From: an uncultured Acidobacteriaceae bacterium
GTDB lineage: Bacteria > Acidobacteriota > Terriglobia > Bryobacterales > Bryobacteraceae
Length of the DNA: 64,000 bases
Assembly (NCBI GenBank): GCA_963808405.1
Contig: CAWEFG010000003.1
Coordinates: 44,564-108,563 of the forward strand
Direction: 5' to 3'
Each line of letters opens with the position of its first letter. Position 1 is the stretch's first letter. The notes beneath the pieces were generated by a model. It made no database searches and had not been told where the DNA came from. It saw nothing but the letters and a program-made list of their open reading frames with translations. A program made the translations under genes and the position numbers. This document shows, piece after piece, positions 10,090 through 18,452 of this stretch.

Positions 10090-11427
10090 CTAAACGGACG
10101 CTAGTAAGTGCCGCTGAAACCAGTCACTTGCCAACCGGGCCACTTGTTCGAGCGCTCCCGCTTCTTCAAACAAGTGAGTTGCGCCGGGAATAATCTCCAG
10201 CTTCTTCTCGCAGCGAAGTTGCTCCAGCGCAGTTTTGTTCAAGTCGATTACTTGCTGATCGTGCCCACCAACGATCAGCAGCGTAGGCGCTTTCACATTG
10301 TCGAGCGCCTCACCAGCCAAATCGGGCCTGCCTCCGCGCGAGACCACGGCCGCGACGCTTTCGGGCATCTCCGCCGCTGCAACCAAGGCAGCGCCGCCGC
10401 CTGTGCTCGCGCCGAAGTATCCGATGCGGAAGCTGCTGGTTTCGGGGTTGTCCCGCAGCCACTCCGTTGCCTGGACCAGTCTGCCGGCCAGCAGCTGAAT
10501 GTCGAATCGCAGGTGCCCGGTACGCAGATCCGCCTTCTCCTCGTCGGACGTGAGCAGATCCAGCAGCAATGTCGCTAATCCGTTCCGGTGCAGCGCTTCC
10601 GCTACAAACCGATTGCGTGAGCTGAACCGGCTGCTGCCGCTGCCATGCGCGAACAGAACAACGGCTCTCGCGTCAACAGGCACAACCAAGTCGCCCGTCA
10701 GCCCTATTGGCGGAATTTGAATCGATCGTTCCTCGCGAGACTTGCCGGGCGTCCCTGCGGCTGCTTGCTCCAGCAACTCGCGAACCTCGTCGTCGGTAGT
10801 TTGAGAAAAATCTTCGTACCAGATCCCGACCGCGGCAAAGGGGTGCGGAGTCTCCGCGCAAACGATCTCATCCACCTCCTGGCGAAGCTGGTCGCACGTC
10901 TGCCGCGCAGCCACCGGAACGGCGACAATGATCTTCTTGGCGCCTTGCAAGCGCAGAGCTCTGCTTGCGGCCAGCATGGAAGCGCCCGTCGCCAGACCAT
11001 CGTCGACCACCACCACGGTTCGGCCCTGGACCGGAATAGCGGGGCGGCCTTCCCGATACAGCTCCTCGCGGCGTTCGAGCTCGCGTTCTTCACGCTCCGT
11101 CAGGCGATTAATGACGTCTTCAGAAACGCGCAGATGATCGATCAGCTCTCGATTCAAGACCCGGACGCCGCCACTCGCGAGCGCCCCGATAGCTAGTTCC
11201 TCCTCACCGGGCATTCCCAACTTGCGAACCAGAAACACATCCAATTCCGCCTGTAAGACGCAAGCTACTTGGAATGCTACGGGCACGCCGCCGCGCGGGA
11301 GACCCAGCACCAGAACGTTGGAATCGCGAACATAAGGCCCCAGGCGCTCGGCCAGGATGCGCCCGGCTTCACTGCGGTTTTGAAACAGTGGCATATCTAT
11401 GTTCGTCCGACGTTTCCCTGCACTCAC
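10090..11427 (-). CDS. Phosphoribosyltransferase-like domain fused to a dienelactone-hydrolase-like alpha/beta hydrolase
   Basis: N-terminal half has FQNRSEAGRILAERL...VLGLPRGGVPVA and VVVVDDGLATGASM (PRPP-binding loop). C-terminal half has VVLFAHGSGSSRFS and YFGASTGGGAAL (nucleophile elbow). Start may be the internal ATG at 11394. Confidence 0.75.
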   Translation of the reverse strand: MSAGKRRTNIDMPLFQNRSEAGRILAERLGPYVRDSNVLVLGLPRGGVPVAFQVACVLQAELDVFLVRKLGMPGEEELAIGALASGGVRVLNRELIDHLRVSEDVINRLTEREERELERREELYREGRPAIPVQGRTVVVVDDGLATGASMLAASRALRLQGAKKIIVAVPVAARQTCDQLRQEVDEIVCAETPHPFAAVGIWYEDFSQTTDDEVRELLEQAAAGTPGKSREERSIQIPPIGLTGDLVVPVDARAVVLFAHGSGSSRFSSRNRFVAEALHRNGLATLLLDLLTSDEEKADLRTGHLRFDIQLLAGRLVQATEWLRDNPETSSFRIGYFGASTGGGAALVAAAEMPESVAAVVSRGGRPDLAGEALDNVKAPTLLIVGGHDQQVIDLNKTALEQLRCEKKLEIIPGATHLFEEAGALEQVARLASDWFQRHLLASV

Positions 11428-12193
11428 GCCAGACGCTACGCACGAGATCGCGGCTATAGGACAGGTAGTGCGGATCGGGAGTGAATACTTCGAGAGTTAT
11501 GGTGTGATCGTATCCGCACCTTTGAAGAGCCAGCAGATTGCGGCGCAAGTCCACGGTTCCTGTCCCCAACGGCAGATGCAAATCGGCTTGGCCGCCTTTG
11601 TTGTCGTGCAGATGTACGTGGCGAAGCCGGTTACCGTAAGCGGCGAGAATTTCTTCGGTGGTGTTCTGCGGAACCTGCAAATTCGCGTGACCGATGTCGA
11701 GATGCAGGCCCAGTTCCGGCATAGGATCCAGCAGTTCACCCAGCTGAGGCGCGGAATTGTAATCGCCCGGCAAGTTCTCGATCATCAGCCCTACGCCGCA
11801 CTTCTGAACGTCGGGCAGCAACTCGCGCAGGGAGTCCAAATTTCGCTCGATGAAAAAGCGGCGCGGGTGCCATGGGGTATGGCGGTCGGGGTGGATATTC
11901 ATCCACTTCGCACCGACGTCGCTAAATTTTTCGAGACAACGCCGCAACTCCGCAACTGCGCCTTTCCGCACCTCCGGAATTGCACTGGCCATTGGAAGGT
12001 ACCAGGCGGTGTGCCCGACCACCTGCATTCCGGTCCGTCGGAGCGCCGCGCGAATCGCCTTAGTGTCCACCTCCCACGAGGCAGCGCCGGGCGGTTCCAG
12101 CGTGAGATCGATAAATTCCATTCCCGCATCGGCCATCCACGAGATCTCGTCGACGATGTTCCGCTCAGGATGATTCATGGTGCCGATCAGCAT
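11369..12193 (-). CDS. Sugar phosphate isomerase/epimerase (xylose-isomerase-like TIM barrel)
   Basis: 274 aa. Pattern ...ENLPGDY...HLDIGHANL...HVHLHDNKG typical of the AP_endonuc_2 / TIM-barrel family. Confidence 0.7.
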   Translation of the reverse strand: MLIGTMNHPERNIVDEISWMADAGMEFIDLTLEPPGAASWEVDTKAIRAALRRTGMQVVGHTAWYLPMASAIPEVRKGAVAELRRCLEKFSDVGAKWMNIHPDRHTPWHPRRFFIERNLDSLRELLPDVQKCGVGLMIENLPGDYNSAPQLGELLDPMPELGLHLDIGHANLQVPQNTTEEILAAYGNRLRHVHLHDNKGGQADLHLPLGTGTVDLRRNLLALQRCGYDHTITLEVFTPDPHYLSYSRDLVRSVWRECRETSDEHRYATVSKPQ

Positions 12194-13014
12194 CCTTTCA
12201 ACTCCTTATCATCATTTTCCAGAGTAGGGGTGAACCACGGGCGCGAATCTAACAAAGGCGCGTGACGAGCCGTCACTTCGCCATTGCCCTCTTCCGGCGA
12301 TCGCGCCCCAAGCTCGCCCCAGATCCACGACGGCAATTCACGCGCGCCATCGGGACACACCCATCCGAAGACCGTTAATAAGCCGCTCAATAGAGGCGCG
12401 TCTTCTTTTATTCGGTCCAGCACGCGGCGCCAGTTAAGCTCTGGCCCGACCCCGAACAACAAGTTCAGCGCATCCGGCCAATCGCATCGTTCGCGCTGCA
12501 TGACGTAAACTTTGCTCCACAGCGCTTCTTCCGGTGCGATCAGATGAAAGCGCTCGCCGTCTACTTGGACTTCGGGCCCTTCGAGCCAGGTTTCATCCAC
12601 CACGGCGCGCTGGTTTGCCATGGCCCAGATCAGGTCGACAATGGTGTCCTCTTTGTAGCTGCGATAGATCCATTTCCGGTCGTAACTTTGTTTTTCGTAA
12701 TAATCTCCAAGGCCAAGATCGGTAACAACCTGGATCATGCGGTCGCGCTCGGCGGGCAGGATGTAGAGGTCGATGTCTTTAGTGTTTCGCCACTGGCCGG
12801 CGTAGGCCATTGCGGCGAGTCCGCCTCCCACGGCGAATCGTAGGCCACGATTCTGCGCTTCTGAAATGGCGCTTTTATAAAGAAACCATTGTTCGGGCGG
12901 AAAGCGCTCAGGCCAGGACGCACACCGTGCTACCCGCTCTTGAATGGTTTGCGTCCGCACGGCCTCCGGCTTGTGGGATGTGGAACGAGCTGATTCTGTT
13001 TCTGCCGGGGACAC
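12187..13014 (-). CDS. Hypothetical protein, possible nucleotidyltransferase-fold
   Basis: 275 aa. FAVGGGLAAMAYAGQWRNTKDIDLYI resembles the G-G...DxD segment of uncharacterised nucleotidyltransferases. Weak assignment. Confidence 0.4.
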   Translation of the reverse strand: MSPAETESARSTSHKPEAVRTQTIQERVARCASWPERFPPEQWFLYKSAISEAQNRGLRFAVGGGLAAMAYAGQWRNTKDIDLYILPAERDRMIQVVTDLGLGDYYEKQSYDRKWIYRSYKEDTIVDLIWAMANQRAVVDETWLEGPEVQVDGERFHLIAPEEALWSKVYVMQRERCDWPDALNLLFGVGPELNWRRVLDRIKEDAPLLSGLLTVFGWVCPDGARELPSWIWGELGARSPEEGNGEVTARHAPLLDSRPWFTPTLENDDKELKGC

Positions 13015-13104
13015 TTTGGGGTCCGCGGGGATGTGAGTTTGGATGCGTCAGGCGACATACACCGGCCAGCCAAATCGCAGCCACGGATGGTCACCCGTTA
13101 ACGC

Positions 13105-13443
13105 GTGCAGTATGCTTCGCGCGAGTACACCAACTTGCTCGTTGAACACGAAATCCGAATCAGCATGAGCCGGCGTGGAAGTCCGTACGAGAATGCGCGA
13201 GCGGAGCGGTTTATGCGCACGCTGAAAGAGGAGGAAGTACAAGGACGTAGCTATCAAAACCTGGACGACGCACGCCGCCGTATCGGCGAGTTTCTGGAAG
13301 AAATCTATAACCGGCAACGTCTGCACTCCGCTTTGCGCTATGCGACGCCAGAAGAATTTGAGCAATCCATGAAGATTGTGGAAAGTGACGGCGCTGATGG
13401 AAACAGTGGAAAACCGAAAGCAGGTTTCCCGGATATTAATTAA
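13105..13443 (+). mobile_element. IS3-family transposase (OrfB / rve integrase core), C-terminal remnant, 5'-truncated
   Basis: QYASREYTNLLVEHEIRISMSRRGSPYENARAERFMRTLKEEEV...IYNRQRLHSALRYATPEEFE is the canonical C-terminal third of IS3 OrfB. There is an in-frame TAA at 13099-13101 and no OrfA or catalytic N-terminal part upstream. Confidence 0.8.
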
Positions 13444-13516
13444 AATGCTAAGAACGCGGTGTTCCCATTTCTCGGAAGGCTAGTTTGTCTCAGAAGAGGG
13501 GTGCAGTGCCGACGTC

Positions 13517-13544
13517 CCCGGCAATGTTACCCCGGCAATGTTAC
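13517..13544. repeat. Perfect tandem duplication, 2 x 14 bp (cccggcaatgttac)
   Basis: Read directly: copy 1 at 13517-13530 and copy 2 at 13531-13544. It sits between the IS3 remnant and the GT9 stop codon. Confidence 0.9.
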
Positions 13545-13545
13545 C

Positions 13546-14361
13546 TCAACGTGTGAAGCCGTTCGATAGCTCGAGTGCACCAAGCACCGCCTGCACTTCT
13601 AGCTCTTCGATAGGATTGCAGCGCAGAACTGTGACGTTTTCTCCGCGAGGGCCCCAAGTCTCTGGAGAAGATGACCCAAACAGGGCGATAGTTTTAACGC
13701 CTAGCGCGGCGGCCAGGTGCGTGATTCCTGAATCGTTGCCGATGTAGAGACGCGCTCCACCCAGCCAGACGGCAAGATCTCCCAAGCTTCGGAAGCGTAC
13801 GGCGCCGGAAAGTTCTTCTTCAGGACCGGCGCTCCACTCCACGGGGCACGCAAGACGATCTGCGAGTTCCTGGTATAAATGCAACGGCCAATTCTTGCGC
13901 GCGCTGCCCGAGAAGGGATGGATCACCACACTTGCTCGAGCCGGCGCCGGTGCGATTTCGATCTGAGGAATGAGCCCTTCGGGCGCGCCTACCTGATTGG
14001 CGAAGAAGTCTGTCGCGTGACCCGAATGTGTCACTGGCGGCAGGGCTGCGTGGAACTCACACGGAACACCGAGGCCGAGCAGCGCCTCGCGAAACTCGGG
14101 TCGATTTGCGCCGTACCAACTCACGATGGAATCGAAGCTTTTTAGTTGGTCTATCAGCCGCGCCGGCATCTGCAAATCGCCCACTCCGGCTAAATCGAGA
14201 CCTGTCGACGCGAGCGGCCGCACGGCATCGGCGAATGTAACAAGCGGCACAACGGGCGAAGGTATCCAGACCTCGGTGTAATCCGCCCTCACGTGCTGGA
14301 GCGCGGGGAGAGAAAGAATGCAGTCGCCGATTGCCCCGGGGCGAATCAGAAGCCGACGCAT
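13546..14361 (-). CDS. Glycosyltransferase family 9 (heptosyltransferase-like)
   Basis: N-terminal RRLLIRPGAIGDCILSLPAL and C-terminal LYIGNDSGITHLAAALGVKTIALFG are GT9 signatures. Confidence 0.75.
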   Translation of the reverse strand: MRRLLIRPGAIGDCILSLPALQHVRADYTEVWIPSPVVPLVTFADAVRPLASTGLDLAGVGDLQMPARLIDQLKSFDSIVSWYGANRPEFREALLGLGVPCEFHAALPPVTHSGHATDFFANQVGAPEGLIPQIEIAPAPARASVVIHPFSGSARKNWPLHLYQELADRLACPVEWSAGPEEELSGAVRFRSLGDLAVWLGGARLYIGNDSGITHLAAALGVKTIALFGSSSPETWGPRGENVTVLRCNPIEELEVQAVLGALELSNGFTR

Positions 14362-14370
14362 GTCGGGCCT

Positions 14371-15699
14371 TCAGAATCCGTACAATTGGCGCGCATTCTC
14401 CCGCATCACCATGTGCGCGATCTGCTTGGCTCGATCGGCCGTGATCTCGCCGTCCTGCATCATGCCGGTCAGAGCCAGTCCCAGTGCTTGCCTGCCCGTC
14501 GTCGACCCGATCCAGGCGGTTTCTTCCCAACCGACTGTGTTCGTGAACGGGCTGGCGTCGGAACCGTACAGGACCTTTTCCGGCGCAGCTTCCAAGTAGA
14601 GGCGTATGGCGCGTGAAGCTTCCGCGGGATACGTCAAATAGGCGAACCCCGAAAAATCTACGTAGACGTTCGGCTTCAAGATGAGCGCCGCAGCTTGACT
14701 CGCAAACGGCCACGCGCCATGCAGCATCACGAATTTTGTCTTACGGAGCGCCGCATCGTTGAACAGAGGTTCCATCGCGAACGGATTCGCGTTCGCATCC
14801 CGGAAATAGCTGCCGACCCCAATCGACGAATGAATGTGTACAGGCATTCCCAACCTGCCCGCCTCCTGCGCAATATGGCGGAAAACGTAGTCCTGCAGAA
14901 TTTTGTATTCGTCCGCGGAGGGTTCCGACGATTGAGCATAGATGGAGTAAACCCGGTCCGCGTTCTCCTTCTGCGGATTGCCGATCTGCAGGTCTCGCAA
15001 ATAAGCTAGTTCGAACTTCACCGCAACAGCCCCGTTCGCCTTCCATCTCTCGACCATGTGAGAAACGAAAGTCAGGTAATCGTCGAAGCTGCCCGGCAGG
15101 CGCTGCAATTGCGCGCCCGCTAAGTAATTCTTCAACAGCTTCTCCTCATTGGTGATAAAAGCGCGGTGCTCGGGATCTTCGGCCTTGATCGTGTCGTTGT
15201 TCAGAGGGAACAGGAACATGTCGGCAAACGGCACCCACTTGAAGCGATCGCTCGAAAGTCCGCGGCCCATAGCGACGCGATTGGCAAGCATGATTTCGGT
15301 ATTCGCCTGGTTCAAAACCCACACCGGATACAGATCGCCCTTCTTTTTCGCGACATTGCGTTTTCTTTTTTCGAGATCCGCTAGCCGATCTTTATTCGCA
15401 TCCGAGTAGTTATAGCCAAAGAGAGCGTGCCAGGCTTCCGGGAAATAAGGACTGCCTTCCCTGAAAGGCGTAGGCAGCGCGAGATCCTGAATCGCGTCGG
15501 CCGGGAGCGCGTCATAGTCCTGATCTTCTTCACCCGGGGAGACGACTTTCATCGGATGAGCGTGGTTATCGATCGCGTGAATCTGCCGGAGCTCCGCTTC
15601 AATCGAGCTGTCGACGTACAAGCCGGAACGATGCGGGTCGTTGCACGAAATCAGCAGCAATGGAAGAAGAAGCGGAAGGGGAAATAGCGATCGGCGCAA
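14371..15699 (-). CDS. Secreted/lipoprotein amidohydrolase-family metal-dependent hydrolase
   Basis: 442 aa. Signal/lipobox-like LLLPLLLISC, IDNHAHP near the N-terminus, later PVHIHSS and YGSDAS. TIM-barrel amidohydrolase pattern. Confidence 0.6.
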   Translation of the reverse strand: MRRSLFPLPLLLPLLLISCNDPHRSGLYVDSSIEAELRQIHAIDNHAHPMKVVSPGEEDQDYDALPADAIQDLALPTPFREGSPYFPEAWHALFGYNYSDANKDRLADLEKRKRNVAKKKGDLYPVWVLNQANTEIMLANRVAMGRGLSSDRFKWVPFADMFLFPLNNDTIKAEDPEHRAFITNEEKLLKNYLAGAQLQRLPGSFDDYLTFVSHMVERWKANGAVAVKFELAYLRDLQIGNPQKENADRVYSIYAQSSEPSADEYKILQDYVFRHIAQEAGRLGMPVHIHSSIGVGSYFRDANANPFAMEPLFNDAALRKTKFVMLHGAWPFASQAAALILKPNVYVDFSGFAYLTYPAEASRAIRLYLEAAPEKVLYGSDASPFTNTVGWEETAWIGSTTGRQALGLALTGMMQDGEITADRAKQIAHMVMRENARQLYGF

Positions 15700-15726
15700 G
15701 CTCGATTGTACGAAAGCGAACGGCTG

Positions 15727-16236
15727 CTATTGAATAGAAACCGGCAGCCGAACGTCTAAGGTGGCGGGTCGAAAGCACATTTCGTTATTGCACGCCTGGT
15801 ACCGCAGCTTTCCGGTGATCTCGACACTGCCCGGCGCCACATTTCCAGGCGCCTTGAACTCAGTCTGAATGTTAAAAGCGCCGGTGTACACCGTGAGCAT
15901 CTCCTGGCCCACTTTGATCTCTTCCGGTTTCGGATACGTAATCGATTTCGCTTCGAGCGGCCCGCTTGTCCAGGTCAGCTTCAGCGGAATCAGGAATTCG
16001 TCTTTTGGCTTGTCACTGTTGACATGAAAGCCTGGTTGCACAACCACCCTGAGGGTCTGAGTAACCGCCCCGCCCGGCTTCAGGCTAATTTGTTCGACCG
16101 GGCTGATAGCGAGCTTATTCTGCTGGCCCTGGGATAGGAACGGCAGACAGAGGGCGCATAATGCCACGCGAAGCACTTGTCTGTTTAACTCCAAGCAGGC
16201 TCTGAATTTCATTGAGATACTCATTCTTTCCGGCAA
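15727..16236 (-). CDS. DsbD/DsbC N-terminal-domain-like thiol:disulfide protein (secreted)
   Basis: Signal peptide RVALCALCLPFLSQG. C-terminal YQACNNEMCFRP cysteine pair typical of DsbD-alpha-like domains. Start uncertain (ATG 16212 or GTG 16176 are alternatives). Confidence 0.55.
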   Translation of the reverse strand: MPERMSISMKFRACLELNRQVLRVALCALCLPFLSQGQQNKLAISPVEQISLKPGGAVTQTLRVVVQPGFHVNSDKPKDEFLIPLKLTWTSGPLEAKSITYPKPEEIKVGQEMLTVYTGAFNIQTEFKAPGNVAPGSVEITGKLRYQACNNEMCFRPATLDVRLPVSIQ

Positions 16237-16762
16237 GGCCCACGTGCGGCGAGAAGGCGAACTTCCCCTCCCGATCGATGATGAAAGTGGTTGGCAAGTC
16301 TTCTACGCCGCCATAAAGCTGCGTGACGTAATCGTTACCTAAGAGAATCCGATAATTGATTTTCCGTTCTGTGATATAGGGCTTGATAACGGTCCAGCCC
16401 TCCTCATCCATGGCGACCCCCAGCACTTCAAAGCCGCGCGATTTATACTGCTGCTCGAATTCGACAAACCAGGGAATCTCCACTGCGCACGGTCCACACC
16501 ACGTCGCCCAGAAGTTCAAAAGGACCACTTTCCCGTGGTAATCGGAGAGCTTGACGTGGCTGCCATTCGCGTCAGTCAACGTGAAATCGGGCGCAGGCTT
16601 TCGCTCGCTGGATTGTTTGGTTGACACATTCTCTCTAGAAGCATCTACCACCGAGCTGCCCGAGCAAGAGACCAGTAATGCGCCCACGGCGATGGTTACG
16701 AATGCGCAAGATTTCCGGTTTTTCAATGGGGCCTCAGGTTCCAGTGTATCGCCTTGCAACAC
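16115..16762 (-). CDS. TlpA/redoxin-family thiol-disulfide oxidoreductase
   Basis: VVLLNFWATWCGPC (CxxC thioredoxin motif). N-terminal membrane/lipid anchor AFVTIAVGALLVSC. Confidence 0.8.
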   Translation of the reverse strand: MLQGDTLEPEAPLKNRKSCAFVTIAVGALLVSCSGSSVVDASRENVSTKQSSERKPAPDFTLTDANGSHVKLSDYHGKVVLLNFWATWCGPCAVEIPWFVEFEQQYKSRGFEVLGVAMDEEGWTVIKPYITERKINYRILLGNDYVTQLYGGVEDLPTTFIIDREGKFAFSPHVGLAGKNEYLNEIQSLLGVKQTSASRGIMRPLSAVPIPGPAE

Positions 16763-16765
16763 CTC

Positions 16766-17413
16766 CTAGCATTTGCAGCAGCGCGCAAACCTGAGACAGA
16801 ACCATGCCTTCCGGCGGTCCCTCCACCTGCTCGAAAGTGTAAATCCCCGGTAACGGCTCACGCCCGAATAGACCCACGCGGCGGTGTCGCAGAAACTCTC
16901 GCACACATACTCGCGCCATACTCGAGAGTTGTTGAGTGACGCCGCTCGGGTTATGGAAGCCTTCTTTATGGCGGAAGATTCCCCTAGTTCTCCCTTAGCT
17001 CCGCTGCTCGATTCTCGGGTGAGCAGTGCGTTGAATTCATTTCGAAGTCCGTTACCCAGGCGCGTCCAGACGAAATGGAACACCTCATGCATCACGATGA
17101 GACGCAGCACCTGAGGGCGGCCGAGGAGCTGAGTTTCCAAGACGACTCTTCGTTTTCGGATGAACGAGGCAGCGTGGACCGCATTCCCGCAATCCGGCCG
17201 GTTTGACAGCAGCTTACCTCGATGAGCGCTTAGTTTAGGACGGAGAGAAATGAAAATAGGGTGCCCCGCAAGTTCGGGCAACCGGACTAAGACGCAATCG
17301 ATCCGGGCCTGCGCCTCAGTGGATAACCTGGGGCTTGACAGTACCCGTAACGGGCTGCGAACCGCCTGGTTTTTCGAGCGAAGGAATTTTTTGCGTAGGG
17401 GCGCTCGAGGCAT
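16766..17413 (-). CDS. Hypothetical protein with HExxH motif (possible SprT-like zinc peptidase fold)
   Basis: LRLIVMHEVFHFVW. Cys-rich C-terminus. The longest ORF overlaps the upstream PPIase gene by 98 nt, so the true start may be an internal TTG. Confidence 0.4.
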   Translation of the reverse strand: MPRAPLRKKFLRSKNQAVRSPLRVLSSPRLSTEAQARIDCVLVRLPELAGHPIFISLRPKLSAHRGKLLSNRPDCGNAVHAASFIRKRRVVLETQLLGRPQVLRLIVMHEVFHFVWTRLGNGLRNEFNALLTRESSSGAKGELGESSAIKKASITRAASLNNSRVWREYVCESFCDTAAWVYSGVSRYRGFTLSSRWRDRRKAWFCLRFARCCKC

Positions 17414-18347
17414 TGAAAAAGTCCGGGTCTTGAACCTGAATCTTAAATTTATCGAATTCCTGCTTTACCAGAATTCCTGAGCGAGCTTCCTCGAACGGCT
17501 GCCTGGTCCGGCTGACCACTTTTATGATGTAAAAGCCGCCTTGCACTCGGATGGGTTCCGATACTTGGCCGGTCTGAAGCTTAAATACTGCTGTTTTAAA
17601 ATCGGCGGGGGCATTGGGTGCGCTCGGCGTCAGGATTCCCAGGTCGCCGCCGCGAGCCGCGGCCTTCTGATCGTCCGATTCCGCACGCGCGAGCGTTGTA
17701 AAATCCGCTCCGCCCTTAATTTTTTTCTCCAGATCGTCGGCTTTCTGACGAGCGTCTTCTTCTGTGCGAGGACCGCTCCCGGACGTCGACGGCGTTCCGG
17801 GTGCGGCGAACGACACGAAAATGCCGCTTATTTTGGCTTGGTCGAACTCGTCGGGATGGCTATCGTAGTAAGCCTTTGCTGCATCCGAGGCTGCGCCGGG
17901 ATTACTCGTAAGCCGGTTGATAAAAGCTTGAGCCAGGATAGTGGCGCGGTTAAATTCGAGTTGATCCTTCACCGCCGGCTGCTGCTCGAGCTTCAGCTTC
18001 GTTGCTTCATCGGAGAGTTGATCGATCATGTAGACGCGCTCGATGAGCGTTTCGAGATTCGGAAGGGCGCGTCTCTGATCGGCGGGCACTGTCTTGAGCA
18101 TCGACAGCGCCTGCTGGGCAGTGACGGGCTTGCCGCCAATGGTTGCAACCACCCGGTTGGGATCCTGTTGCGCGACGGCTTCCGGTCCTCTCGCCTTCAG
18201 CTGCACGGGAGCCGGCGGTGTCGCTGGCGTGGAGGGCTTCTGGCTAGCCGGGGGCGGGTTCTGAGTCGCCTGGGGCGTGGGCGTCCCCTGAGATAGCGCA
18301 AGGCCGGCGCAGGAGATCAGCAAGGGCAAAAAGACACTACTCTTCAT
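17316..18347 (-). CDS. Parvulin-type peptidyl-prolyl cis-trans isomerase (SurA/PrsA-like lipoprotein)
   Basis: Lipobox LLISCAG, a Pro/Thr-rich linker, and a PPIC domain GGDLGILTP...QTGQVSEPIRVQGGFYIIKV. Confidence 0.75.
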   Translation of the reverse strand: MKSSVFLPLLISCAGLALSQGTPTPQATQNPPPASQKPSTPATPPAPVQLKARGPEAVAQQDPNRVVATIGGKPVTAQQALSMLKTVPADQRRALPNLETLIERVYMIDQLSDEATKLKLEQQPAVKDQLEFNRATILAQAFINRLTSNPGAASDAAKAYYDSHPDEFDQAKISGIFVSFAAPGTPSTSGSGPRTEEDARQKADDLEKKIKGGADFTTLARAESDDQKAAARGGDLGILTPSAPNAPADFKTAVFKLQTGQVSEPIRVQGGFYIIKVVSRTRQPFEEARSGILVKQEFDKFKIQVQDPDFFNASSAPTQKIPSLEKPGGSQPVTGTVKPQVIH

Positions 18348-18452
18348 TAGAATTGGCTTTAGATATCTTCAACTCTAACACGCTATTCCAGCCTGGACGC
18401 GCGCGGCGGCGACCGAATAAGCTGATACACTGGACCGTTTCAGGAGAGAGAA

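Noticed and set aside
13517-13544. Tandem 14-bp repeat considered as a CRISPR or minisatellite
   Set aside because: There are only two abutting copies with no spacers, and no other copies were noticed. It is reported as a simple duplication.
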